From positions 18,662,001-18,726,000 of the forward strand of contig CM097887.1 of NCBI GenBank assembly GCA_044892525.1: a stretch of 64,000 nucleotides of DNA. Direction: 5' to 3'. The stretch is from Schmidtea polychroa. Lineage: Eukaryota. Under the pieces are notes generated by a model. The model did no database searches. It was not told where the DNA came from and was given only the letters and a program-made list of their open reading frames with translations. The position numbers and the translations under genes were made by a program. This document shows positions 1-12,371 of the stretch, piece by piece. How positions within the stretch are numbered: position 1 is the stretch's first letter; each line of letters begins with the position of its first letter.

Positions 1-76
1 TCATCTATTTATGGAAAAAATTTCAATAAATCTATCAACATAAAAATTTTTAAATCCCTAATAATTGGAGCTGAAC

Positions 77-625
77 CTAGAGATTCTCAGTTTTATTGAA
101 AATTCGGTTATACAGCTCCAATAATGTCGGGTTGTTTTTCGAGTGATTTTGCATAAAAAACTCCCTTCGGAAATCTTTTACATTCACTCTACTTTTTATC
201 ATATCAGGGTATTCATAGTTTGGTAGGCTCAACCTTCGGTAAGCAGATTCATTGGCCTCCTTTCTGATTGAACTATCAACGTGTTTATTAGGTCTTTTTT
301 GAGGTATTATTGTCAAATTGTCATAATCTTCGGAACTAATCCTGGAATACCGACTATTCTTGTCTTGATTAGACATTTTCCGATGATCAATAATTTTTCC
401 TTTTTGCAAATTAAGAAACTCTTTTTCTTTTGAAAGAAGGATTTTCAAATCTTTAAGCGTATTCATTTTCTCTAAAAGAATGGATTTTTCTTTCATTATC
501 CTCCTATCCAAAAGTTTCTGGAAATGTTTATTTTGTCTCCATGCGATGTTTTGGCGCTTATAACTGCTCAAATAATTGATGTTTCTATCATGGAATCCCG
601 CCCCATCAATCCGAATGGCCTGCAT
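77..625 (-). CDS. Hypothetical basic protein, 182 aa, single ORF
   Basis: 549-bp ATG-initiated ORF in very AT-rich DNA; no recognisable domain. Confidence 0.45.
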   Translation of the reverse strand: MQAIRIDGAGFHDRNINYLSSYKRQNIAWRQNKHFQKLLDRRIMKEKSILLEKMNTLKDLKILLSKEKEFLNLQKGKIIDHRKMSNQDKNSRYSRISSEDYDNLTIIPQKRPNKHVDSSIRKEANESAYRRLSLPNYEYPDMIKSRVNVKDFRREFFMQNHSKNNPTLLELYNRIFNKTENL

Positions 626-1423
626 AATTATTTGAAAATTATTATTTAATTGATTGTCAAATAGATTAGTATTATTATTATGTCATTGGAGAAATCGAAT
701 GTCAAAGGATAAAGTTATAAACGGTTTACCTTTAAAGTTATGAAGTTTAAAACGGTTTTTGGAAAGATTTTTTGAAAAAATTAAATTTTTTTTTAATTTC
801 GGCTTTTATTTTAAATAAATGACTGTTGTTGGTATTTACAAGAAAGAACAGAGAAAACGGAAAATTTATGTGTTCGTAAGTCTCTCATAACGAGTAAAGT
901 GCGAAGCGTTGTTAATTAGATTTTTAAATCCTATAATTAATATTCAAAGTGCCCAGTCTACAAGATTTTGAATGTATTTATTTTGTACTTGTATATTTAA
1001 TATTTGGGATGATGTTGTTTGAAAAAATATTTTTGTATAAAAACAAATTTTAGTTTTTAATTTATAAATTTAAATTTATTTTTTATATTAATTAAAAAAA
1101 GATTTTTTGTATGACAATGTTATTTTAATGTATGTTAACGATTTTTGTGCGTTTTTAAAATTTAAATAAGTTTTATGATTAAAAAATGTTTTTCAAAATT
1201 TTATTAAAATATATTTTTGATACAGTTTGATTACCATTATAGTTGTTAATTTGTTATTATTATTTTCGTTTATATGTTACTACGATTCTTAACCTGAAGA
1301 ATAATTTTAAACTGTCGAAATATATAGCAATGTTATATTTTGATATACTTTGTTGGCGATTTTTTATAATAATAAGTTTTTGATCGTTCTTATTTTTATT
1401 ATTTTCATTTTAGGTTCCAACCA

Positions 1424-1622
1424 ACAGATCGCCGAAAAAAGACAAAAATAACAAAAAATATCCCTTTAACCATGACTAAGAATGATATTAGATTGCGATC
1501 AGTCGACCAGTCAGAATTAAAACACAAACTAAAATATTATCGTCTGATCGCCATCTAATATCATTCTTAGTCATGGTTAAAGGGATATTTTTTGTTATTT
1601 TTGTCTTTTTTCAGCGATCTGT
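1424..1622. repeat. Foldback / MITE-like inverted repeat
   Basis: Arms of about 79 bp (1424-1502 and 1544-1622) are reverse complements with 2 mismatches; spacer about 41 bp. Confidence 0.9.
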
Positions 1623-1800
1623 GTTATTTAAGTGCATTTAAAATAAGTTTTGTGTGTAACTTATTGCTTTTTCTCGATTTTATTACTTTTGTTTTAATTA
1701 TTGTTATTCGTGTATTATTTTATTCTTGCTTTACTTGGTAATATTATTGATTTTGAATATTCTTGGTGCATTTTGTTTGTTGTGTGGAGTCATCTCATAC

Positions 1801-3881
1801 TGTTGGGCTAGAACCGAGAATCGAGAGCTTGTTTTAATGAATCAAAAATACATAACATAAAAATCGCACCAAGTTAAATTAAAACACCAATCAATACAAA
1901 TTAAAGTACATAACACATTGATGATAAATAAGACCCGGGTGATAAAATACAGGAACGAAAATAAAGGTCGCAATCACTAACACAATTAGGAGAAACATCA
2001 CATTCGGAATAGCTAACAACTAAGAAATAAAATAATAATAAATAAAATAATGGGTAATAAATTAATTAATAATATGAAAAATTTCTAAATAAATAAATTT
2101 AAAATTTAAAATAAATTATCTAGTAAACTGGTAAAATAATAAAAAGTAGAATAAAAGTAGTTAAATTAGATAAACCATAAAATTTATAAAACTAAATTGG
2201 TTAATGAAAACTAAAAATAAAACCAACAAAATTATTTTAATTATAAAACTTATAAAACCAAATTGTTTAAATTAATGAAACTAAAGTAAAATTAACTAAA
2301 CTTATTTAAATTATAAAACTTGTAAAACTAAATTAAAATTAGCAAAAAAATATTTAAATTATAGAATTTATAAAAATAAATCTTAAAAGTTAATAAAAAT
2401 TAGAATTTTGATTAATTAAATTAATTAAATTAAAAAATAATAATTGCACACATTCATGCATGCATGCAAAAATAAATCAGAATTGCCTCGCATTCTAATT
2501 GGATATAACAGCAGAGAATGCGTAGGCGTATAATTCAATCAGTATAAATACTGAGTGAAATTTCAGTTAAAAAACTCTCACGCTCAACTGGTTACACAAC
2601 AATTCATTTACTGGCAATGAACATATGCTCTCAATTTTCGATTCCATGCCATCGCGGTGAGGTAAATTTGATTTTTGTTTTGTGTAATATAATTTTGTTA
2701 GGTCTAATGTTATTTTAAATTGAAGTTAATTTTAGTTAATGTTATTTAGTTAATTTATTTTGTTATTTAGATAAAGCTATTTTAAATTGGATGCTATTTT
2801 AAATTGAAGTTAATTTTCGGTAATGTTATTTAGTTAATTTATTTTGTTATTTAGATAATGTTATTTTAAATTGAATTTAATTGTTAATATTGGTATGGTA
2901 TTATTCATTTTGTTGTTGTTAAGCCTATTATTATACAATTTTAGGAATTAATAAAATTTTTAACGGAATTTGTTTTTAATTACTTCTTATGTTTGGCGTA
3001 TGTTATTTTGTCCTTTTTGAATAATATTAAAATTTAGGTTGTGTTTTTCTGGATATTTATGTGTCGATGGTCTGGACTGGGGGAAGGTTTGTGGACGGGC
3101 GGCACTACGTGCTGTTAGTCGGCAGATGTTTCACCAGTTGAGTCCATCGGGGTAGGGAATATAGATAGGGAGATGAACGGTTAGAGGGGGTAAAATCAAT
3201 TGCGATAGTTTAGGGCCTATTTAGAGTTAGAAAGTGTAGGACTTTTACTTTATTGAGTATATATTATTGAGTTAGGAGAAATATTAGAATAGTTACGAAC
3301 TGCTGTCGAAGAGGAAGTAGGTTTAGGCAATTTTATAGAAACCACGAATAGCTAAGACATTTGATCGTTCAGGATTAGGAATACAGGCAGATCCCTGCTC
3401 AAATTTTCATGAGAAGTGTGGAAACATGTGTATTAACTTGTGAATAAGGGCCAACCCCTGCTCAACTTTTTTGAAGGATAATTTGGATATTATAGGGAGT
3501 ATATAACAATAATTATTAGATGGACAATAAGAGGGGATCCCTGTGCAAAAATTTTACAGAGGAACAGTTGGAAATACCGTTAATTGAGAACCACAAGTGA
3601 TCTAAAAACAGCATACATAGTGAACAATGACGTAAGACCTTCTATCGGCAGTCTAGAACCCGAAAAGAAAATGCAATGGGGAGTAGTTTTAGTAATGGAG
3701 CTCACCTGCTCATTGTTTTTTCGCCTTTGTGTACATTACCAACATGGTCGTCGCCATGGGTACACAAATGGGTTAAAGTACAATAGTCATGGAGGTGCTT
3801 AGGAAAGAGTCGAGTGCATATATATGATTACCCCTAATGTATTTAAAAATTTTAAAATGACACACCCCTAAGTACCCAACA
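1801..3881 (+). mobile_element. Element E: ORF-less member of the M/D/E family
   Basis: Starts TGTTGGGCTAGAAC, identical to the M2 start, and ends CCCAACA. Flanks ATAC/ATAT (4-bp TSD, 1 mismatch). Carries the family 3' motif (CCTTCTATCGGC..GAACCC, GCTCACCTGCT, stem-ATTACCAA-stem). Confidence 0.75.
2543..2568 (+). promoter_or_regulatory. Putative TATA box plus Inr-like TCAGTT in element E
   Basis: TATAAATA at 2543 and TCAGTT at 2563; resembles the GGTATATATAC..TTTCAGTC box about 650 bp inside the M copies. Confidence 0.35.
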
Positions 3882-4197
3882 ATATGACCATTTACCTTCA
3901 ATTGTTTACTTCATGAAAATTTTAGGAAAAGTAGGAAAAGAAAGAAAAGATATTCCTGTTTCTGGGTTTAGCAACCCTTCAGATAGAATTAACACTTCTT
4001 CAATAAAATTTGGAATTCCCGTCTGATTACATGAATTAGTCGAATTGATTTAGTTGCTTTCCTTGCTTCAGCTTGAAAATATTCGATACTCAAGGAAAAA
4101 ATAACGAACTGCAAGGAAAAAAGCATGTAATAAAGTCATCAATATTTGAAATATTCGTTTTCATGAAAATGTTTATGTAAATGTAGTGAAAGTTTAA

Positions 4198-4282
4198 ATG
4201 AAACCTACAGATCAAAATCTAATATCCTTCTTAAACAAACAGCAATATATGGCAAAAATAGTGGCAAGACTTCCAGCCGTTG
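4198..4282 (+). pseudogene. Fragment of hAT-type transposase, truncated by gap
   Basis: ISFLNKQQYMAKIVARLPAV resembles the segment preceding LIALDGF in the hAT copy at about 7070. Confidence 0.35.
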
Positions 4283-4466
4283 NNNNNNNNNNNNNNNNNN
4301 NNNNNNNNNNNNNNNNNNNNNNNNNNNNNNNNNNNNNNNNNNNNNNNNNNNNNNNNNNNNNNNNNNNNNNNNNNNNNNNNNNNNNNNNNNNNNNNNNNNN
4401 NNNNNNNNNNNNNNNNNNNNNNNNNNNNNNNNNNNNNNNNNNNNNNNNNNNNNNNNNNNNNNNNNN

Positions 4467-4938
4467 GGTTGATGATAATATTTGCAAAGTAAAAATTCTT
4501 ACTCTAACTTCAAACGTGTCTTTAACTGACCCACAAATAAGACTTGGCAACAGAAATCTTTATTGATAATCACAAATAATTTACACTTTACACTGACAAT
4601 CAATTCAACACTCTTCTTGGTGACTATACAATGCTTATTTCAAAACTCATTGCAACACTTCTCTCAGCAATTCTGATATCTTTGACAAGCGGTCAAGATA
4701 TCCCTTTTCCTTTTTGTTCTGTTTTTTGGAATTTAAAATTCCTTTTCTCCTTTGTATTAATTAATTAGTACTGACCTTCTTGTCTGAATTATTTTGTTTC
4801 ATTTTTCTTTATCATTTCTCATTTTTTACTTCCCTCTTCTTTTCCGAGTTTCCATAGATCGTCTCGTTTGTCATGACGATCTTCCCCCAGGTAATTTACT
4901 TATTTATTATACTATTTGTCATTTTGGTATCCTCAACA
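4467..4938 (-). mobile_element. Family L solo LTR, one end lost in gap
   Basis: Aligns to 27837-28440, including the GATCGTC..GACGATC hairpin and GGTATCCTCAACA terminus. Confidence 0.75.
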
Positions 4939-5329
4939 TATATAAGCATTTATTTTTCAAGCATTTATTGATTAAATAATTAAACATACATGACAATGAT
5001 TTAATTATAAGATAATGCCAATCAAGCATTCTTTTCACGATATATTTCGACAGTAATCCTGTAATCATCAGGTGGGATGTAATAACTATGTAAATTAAGG
5101 ATTTTAAACAAATTTATTAATTATATAAAAACTTTTTTATTTAATAAAAACATTTAATTATTTTTTAAAAATTAAAATTAAATTAATATATTATTTTTAA
5201 AAATTTTAAACATTCAAAATTTTATTTAATAATTTAGAAATTTTATTAATTATTTACTTTAACACAACAATCAATACATACAATATACAAGAAAAAAATT
5301 ATTTAAAAACATTTAAAATACAAGTATTC

Positions 5330-5620
5330 ACTGCATTCTGCACATTAATTTTCGGATTCAATGATTTTATCAACAACGCCTCACAAATCACACGTTCTCA
5401 ATAATTATCGAAATTTTTTAATAAAATTTTAAAATCATACATACCTATTTTAATCTTACAGCCCTTATTGTGCTCACTAATACATTTAATGATTTGTGAT
5501 ATAATTTACTAAATGATAAGAATAATATAATGAAATTAATTCATGATTTTTAATTCTTGTTAAAGCGAGGTGGTCACAAAAAATAAATTTCATAAAGATG
5601 CATGCGGAAAATTCAGTCTC
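5330..5620 (-). mobile_element. Possible Penelope-like GIY-YIG remnant
   Basis: Frameshifted LTRIKNH and RVICEALLIK..NPKINVQ resemble the C-terminus of PLE endonucleases; heavily decayed. Confidence 0.3.
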
Positions 5621-7303
5621 ACATTATGTAAATAGACGAGTTAACGAATCGGTGTTATTTAAAAATAAATATTCATTTCAATTCACGTAAAAAAGGCAGT
5701 GCCGAAAATTCATGAATATCAAAAACATCGATATATTTACTGATTCATAGTCAAGCTTTTTAATAAATTTAATTTCAGTGAAAAAGAAATCAGTGGTGAA
5801 ATTTGAAAATATATTAATTTAGAATTGGTAAAATTCTAAAGAAGTTGTACAGCTGATAAACAATCTTGTACTTTGGAATAAATTTGAAGTCGCATCAAAA
5901 CCGATGGTGCCGTTGTCATGTTGTGGACGTTGTGCAAATCTGGTTTTAAAGTTTTTGTTTGAAACTTTAATGGAAAATAATGATAATAGTTCAAGAGTTG
6001 TGGAAGTTTTTTCCTTCCTCATTAAAGAACAAAAGAACCTTTAATAAAGTATCTTCAAACACTCAATTTAATATCCTTCATTAAAAAACTGCATTTATTC
6101 GTTATGCTAACGAAATATTAAATAAATTATTCGGAAAAGAGGTTGATTTTGAAATGGAAATACAAAGTAAAGATTCATCTAGAGAAGATAGAAGAGAAAT
6201 AATTCTAGTTCCTGATATAAATGAAAGATTTTCTGACTCGATAAATGCAGCACTTAAAAAACAGAAAAAAGTTCATTGGTTAATCGCACTAATATCTACA
6301 AATTGAATGGTTTTACTATTTCAATTTCTTTTTTTCATTCCTGTTTCTCATAATTCTGAAACGATACATCCTCTATTTCATCCATTTTAAGTATCGAAGC
6401 GGCTCAACGCAAGTTGAAGTGGAAACGATTTTTGTGTCCTTCTAAGGCATTATAATGAAAAAAGAAAATTTTGAGTTTATAGAAATTAGTTCGTGAATTT
6501 TTTAAATGCAACATTGTATTGTAAATGTAAAATCTAATCTAAAACTATTGAAGTTGAAGATTATAATTTTAAAATTTAAATGCAAAAATTCTAACTATAG
6601 TTCCTCTATCGGTAAAAACCTTTACCATTTACTGGTAAATATGATATTTTTTACGTTACCGTTTACTGTTAAAAATATTTACCACTTTACCGGTAATGCT
6701 GTTATTGTGCAAAATAAAAAAGAGTGAAGAAATAAAATGTGTAAACCAAAACGCTGCGACGATGACAAGTGTGTGCTACTAGCCTACTATTTTTTATTTA
6801 AAATAGAATATGGGTTCTTCAAATGTTTGGGAGCATTGTGTAAAATGAAAAGACAGTAATAAAGAAGCTATAGTCAAATTATGTAAAAAAACCTATTAAA
6901 TTTGATGGTGGTTCAACAAGTGGAATGATTTCGCACCTTAAACTTGTACATCAAATTTTGATCAAAAAAGCAGCTGATGATGATGCCGGTCCTAGTACTT
7001 CTGCCTTTAGATTAAAAAAATAAATTATTAATATCGAGTTATTTACAACGTTAAACTTCTGTTTAGACTAATTGCTTTAGATGGTTTCTCTTATTATGGC
7101 GTGACAAATTCGTCTTTCATTCGACAAAGTATAAATAAACTAGGATACAAGCTGCCAAAAAATTCAACGGACACAATGGAATTGGTAAAAAGTTATTACG
7201 AAAAAATAAAAATACAACTTGTAGAACAATTACACACCAAAATTTCTATTGGAAAACGATTTTTACTTTCTGTAGACGAATGGACAAGCATCAAAAATAG
7301 AAG

Positions 7304-8182
7304 TGTTGTATTATTGAGTTGATAAATTCAAAATTTTACTCTGACTCCAAAGCGTGTTTATTAATTCACAATTCAAAACTCTCGGACACGATAAGCTTTA
7401 TTAATATCCACACCAGATCGTACAAATTTCAATTACAACCAATTACCAATAAACCAATTTATCACACAGAGCTTATTTCGACACTTCGTGAAGAATAGCA
7501 CTTTCTGTACCCACAACAATAATCACTAGCCGTCAACTACTCAATTACAGGGTACGTTGATCGATTGTTCTATTTGCTTTGACCAACAATTTATTTACTC
7601 CACTTCCACTTTATATTCAATTTTACAAAAGATTCTCTTCACTTCTCGTTTCACTCTGTTCTGAACTCTGTTTAATTCTCCCTTTGATTCTCTTTTTTAA
7701 TACTCAAAATTGAATTCTCCTTTTAACTTTAGTTTTCTTCTCTCGTTGTCTCTAATTTTGTTCTGATTTCTCTGTGAACTGTTCCGCTTTATATAGTCTG
7801 TTTCATTTGTGGCACTGGCGACAGATTCTGTTTTCCATTTTCCTTTTCCTCGCGTTAGCCTTTTCTCTGGCAGATATCAAAATGTGCCCTGTTTTTTCTT
7901 TTTTCATGTTGTGCCGACTTTCGTTATCTTTGACAAGCTATCAAGATAAGGCTTTCCACATATTTTTGTTTTTCTGGAATTTGAAATTCCACCTTCATTT
8001 GTACTTCTTAATTAACAATGACCTTTGTTTTAATTTCTTGTTTGTTTCCTTTTATTTTATTTCTGTTTCTCATTTTTTATTTCTTTTTACTCCCGTTTTC
8101 TTTTCTGAGTTCCCATAGATCGTCCCGTTTGTCATGACGATCTTTTCAAGGTAATTTATTTATCATTTAGGTATCCTCAAAA
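7304..8182 (-). mobile_element. Family L solo LTR inserted in hAT transposase
   Basis: TGTTG start, GGTATCCTCAA end, minus-strand TATATAAAG; interrupts KNRR|YCN. TSD degenerate. Confidence 0.75.
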
Positions 8183-8327
8183 AAGATATTGCAATAATAT
8201 TTTGTATGATGACAATTAAAATTACAATCTTGATTTAGCAAGAATCACTGGAAAATGTGAAGCAAAAAATATTAAGGCAATAATAAGAAACCGATTAAAT
8301 GAGTTGAACGTAAATTTTGATCATCAT

Positions 8328-9180
8328 TGTAATGTATAGTTATTTTTTTTTATATTTCAGCGTTCACAATTAGGAATTGTGAATATTATAATATAAATTG
8401 CCACCATCTGGGAAATCCAGATTTTCAAAAAAACTATATAGCGATAATTTACTATGGTAAATTATCGCTATAGAAAATTGAAAAATTAAAAAAAATCGAT
8501 AGGAAATTAAATAACAGTGATAATTACAAAGAACGAAATTAACGAAGAAGATTAATTAAAAGAAGATAAAGTTAAATAAATCTATTCTTAAATTTAATCC
8601 TTAAGAATCGCAAAGGACTGTTTCAAAGAAATCGCTATCCTAAAGTCTGTGATCTTTACGGAGAACGAAATTAACGAAAGACATTAAAAGAAGATAAAGT
8701 CAACCAAGTCTATTCCTAAACTTAATCCTAAAAGGATCGTAAAAGAATAACTAAACTAAATATTAAAAGAAGATTAACAAGAAATAATCGGTGGTAAAGT
8801 ATTCAAAGAAAATTTGAACGCCAAACTAACGCGTGGTAAATATCAAAGCGAAAATCAGAGAGAAGCTAAAGTTAGGGGAAATATTAAAAAGAAACCATAA
8901 AGAAACAGACGACAACGAAACATCAAAAGAAAATTTGAGAGCCGAAAATTTTAATTCTGTGCAGTCCGATTTTCTGAAGTATTATTTATTTTTGTTAAAT
9001 AAAGTTGTAATTTAATTTAATCGTTATTGTGTATTTATTATTATCTTACAAACAAACTCAGCACGCACCCCGATTGTCCCGCCACAAGTTTTAACGGAGA
9101 CTCTTTCGGGTCCTTCAAATTTCTTGACAATAACAATTTCATACCACACACAAATATAATAAGAACATTCTAATATAACA
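8328..9180 (+). mobile_element. Solo LTR of a second family, 5-bp TSD
   Basis: TGTAA...TAACA flanked by ATCAT/ATCAT; AATAAA at about 8999; removal restores the hAT frame. Confidence 0.8.
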
Positions 9181-9351
9181 ATCATATTTTATGTTCAATC
9201 AACGATGGTGTGGCAGTAATGCAAAAATATAATAAAGTTTAGTTGAACCGGTGTTATGCCGAAACCATGCGTTACATTTATCAGTGACAAAGTTCTTCTA
9301 CCAAAAATATTCACATTAGCTCGGGTTCTCCATTAGCTAATTAATTTTTTG

Positions 9352-10558
9352 TTTTTTGTAATTTATTCCTTTTAGGGACCCCCCATTGATTTTATTTTAT
9401 TATAGTTGAACTCATCTCATTATTTAGCATCCGCCCAAACCAGTTGCCCCCGGAAATATTCATTTTCTTAAAAAATTTTAATTTCTTAATTAATATTTTG
9501 CACTTTAAATTTTTATTGTGAATTTGGTGTTTTTATTGATTCTTCACCTCATTTTTGTGCCTCTCCTGTTGAACCCAACATATCATCCCCTTTAATTTAG
9601 ATTCGACCTCGTATCTGCATGTATATAATNNNNNNNNNNNNNNNNNNNNNNNNNNNNNNNNNNNNNNNNNNNNNNNNNNNNNNNNNNNNNNNNNNNNNNN
9701 NNNNNNNNNNNNNNNNNNNNNNNNNNNNNNNNNNNNNNNNNNNNNNNNNNNNNNNNNNNNNNNNNNNNNNNNNNNNNNNNNNNNNNNNNNNNNNGTTTTC
9801 GACTTAGTCGAAATAGTTTAGTTTAAAAATAATATCAATAATGATAATAATAATAAGAAGAATTTCTTTTTCGACTTCAGTCGAAATAATTTAATTTAAA
9901 TAATTGGCAGCTCAGGTAGGTATATTTCTGTTTCCTTACATAATTTTTTTCTTAAGTTTCTATGCTCAATTACTGTCATTTTTTATAGTTATGCAAATAT
10001 ATGTGGGAAATTATGCTGCAGTGTGATAAATTACACGCCAGGAAATTCACATAATTTTAGATGTTTCTATGTAGACCAACTCAGTTAATAATTTAATTTA
10101 ATGTTTTCCTATTATGGATGTCAGTAATTTTTTTATTTATTTTTTTTTCTTCGAATCCCTAATTCAATTTACGTATGAACTGGCTGCACAGAATTGGCTC
10201 ATCTATATTCACTATTCAAACTCGGATAGAAATGTAATAATAACTGCTAATCCATTGCCATCATTATGAATATTCAGAGAAAAATAAGCCAATAGAAATT
10301 CGTCATTGAGAGAAATCCATTATTTCAATTGAATTTTTTTGTAATTTATTCCTTTTAGGGACCCCCACCGATTTTATTTTATTATGGTTGAACTCGTCTC
10401 ATTATTTAGCATCCGCCCATACCAGTTTCCCCCGGAAATATTCATTTTTTTAATTTTTAGGTTTTTTAATTAATATTTTGTAATTTAAATTTTTATTGTG
10501 AATTTGGTGTTTTTATTGATTTTTCACCTCATTTTTGTGCCTCTCCTGCTGAACCCCA
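9352..10558 (+). repeat. Direct duplication of about 230 bp (9352-9580 and 10337-10558) around an N-gap
   Basis: Highly similar segments with scattered substitutions; the first ends in CCCAACA. Confidence 0.8.
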
Positions 10559-11368
10559 AAAATAATATTTTATAATTTCTTGCATAAATTGAATTTGTTG
10601 AACTAATATAATTTTTTTCACGCATGTTATATTTGTGGAGCTAATTACGTGCGTTGTACTTCTGACGCATTGATTTTAAATTTTTCATTTATTATTTCAA
10701 TTCTTTGTTTTAATTTGTAGTGTTTGGTGAGTTATTTACACTTTTGTAATATGAAGAGACATTTTGAATGTTGAGCAAGCAAGTGAAAGAAAAAAAAGCC
10801 GGAACCCGTTAGGAAAGTTAAAGCCAAAATAACGAATTTCCTTTAGAGTAATTGTAATGAAATTGCGAGAGATTTATTAATGGAAACATTATGCAAAAAA
10901 ATCTGACTCAAAATAAGAGAAACTATTGATACTATCAGAGTTGGAACAGAATTAAGAATAGTGAATCGGATTTCCAAAATGTAGATATTCGTCAAAATGG
11001 TGGGTTACAGGAGGTCGAATTTTGACTCTTAGTGCTGTTACCAGAGTAATCCAAAATACAACGTTGTTTTTCCGCTTGATACCTGTTGAGTAATCAACGT
11101 TGGTACTGTACCAAGGGGTTGAGTACTCGCAAAAAGTGAGCGCACCAATGGCACTATAATTGTCAAGCACTCGATGGGTCCACGGACTACCGTTAGAAGG
11201 TATGTGTCCGATTTACTCAGGTCCCTTACTGAAATTGTTCTTCCAAACACCCGAATACAAATTTTCAGTCACCAAACGATTGTAGACCAGAGTACAACAT
11301 ACACTAATTTATTAAAATCATTTGTACAGTAAGTTAATCACATCGTAGGAGATTTCGTCGTTTTTGAT

Positions 11369-11751
11369 TTATTTTGTTGTTCCTGTTCAGCCAATCTGGC
11401 TCTCTTCAGTTTCTCGCTGATATTTCGTCCAAACCGCTTTCGTTTTGGTTTGGTTGCCGCAGCCGGGGGGTATATCTCCGCCAGCTCTACGGCCAGCGGC
11501 CGGATTTGTCTTATTGTGGCTTCGTGTATTATTTGTTTGCTCCGTTTGGTTTCTAACGCGTTTCTACTGGGCAGCTTAGGTCTGAAGTTGGAGAATTTGC
11601 GCGGTCCTCTTTTTCATTTCTGCGGGTCTAAACCAAGTGCCCTCGAATTCCCGGCACTTCTCCTTGAGCTTCTCGACCCGGATCCGGAGGTCTTCGGTTT
11701 GTTGTTGGGCCTGCTCGCGGTCTTTTCGTAGATTCTCGAACAGTTTAAGCA
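11369..11751 (-). pseudogene. M1 ORF2 (coiled-coil TWF protein), disrupted
   Basis: LKLFENLRKDREQAQQQ..GTWFRPAEMKKR, then TAA and TAG stops and a frameshifting deletion. Confidence 0.8.
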
Positions 11752-12027
11752 CTAAAAGAAATGATAATAAGAAAATTTGTTACCGGCATTCGTATACATA
11801 AAAGCAAAATTCGTTTAATTGCACAGCAAAATTATTTAATTGTATGTTAATATCGGGTGTACTGTAACAGACAAACCTAACAAGGCGATACTCAATTGAT
11901 TTATTACACGAAATTTCATAAAAATAAAAGAATTGATACAATTAAAGAAACGTAAGAACTAGTTTTATCACTACAAATTAAACGTCATCCATGTCGTTGC
12001 AAGTCGTGGTTGACGATCATATTTGAA

Positions 12028-12371
12028 TCATAGATGTTTTCGGAGCCTCCCTCGCTTGCGTGGGGGCGCTTCTGCATTCTTTAATTCCTCCAGTGGAATT
12101 CCCTCCCCTTCGGCTCGGATCTGGAGCTCGATTCTCCTCAGCCGAAGTTGGGCGGCCTCTATTTCTATTGCCGCTCTGTCGCGGGCCTCCTGTAACTGAT
12201 CGTTCTTCGGCTCTGTCTTAACCCACGCCGGGGCATCGGGCTCTGGACCATAATTATCCAGATCCAGACCTCGGTTCAATCATGTATTCGGTACCAGATA
12301 TATCTGGTTCGGAGCCGAGTAATACTCTGTCGGTATGATTCTTCCTCGTCGTAGCTGCTTGATTGCGACAT
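12028..12371 (-). pseudogene. M1 ORF1 (AT-hook-like protein), frameshifted
   Basis: MSQSSSYDEEE..ITRLRTRYIW / GPEPDAPAWVKTEP..PPRKRGRLRK; one frameshift relative to M2. Confidence 0.8.

Larger units (their letters stand above)
6790..9305 (+). pseudogene. hAT transposase pseudogene with BED zinc finger, split by two solo LTRs
   Basis: SSNVWEH..C..STSGMISHLKLVH (BED finger); LIALDGFS; FLLSVDEWTSIKNRR|YCN; DHH|ILCSINDGVAVM; CRNHALHLSV. The reading resumes across both insertions. Confidence 0.85.
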
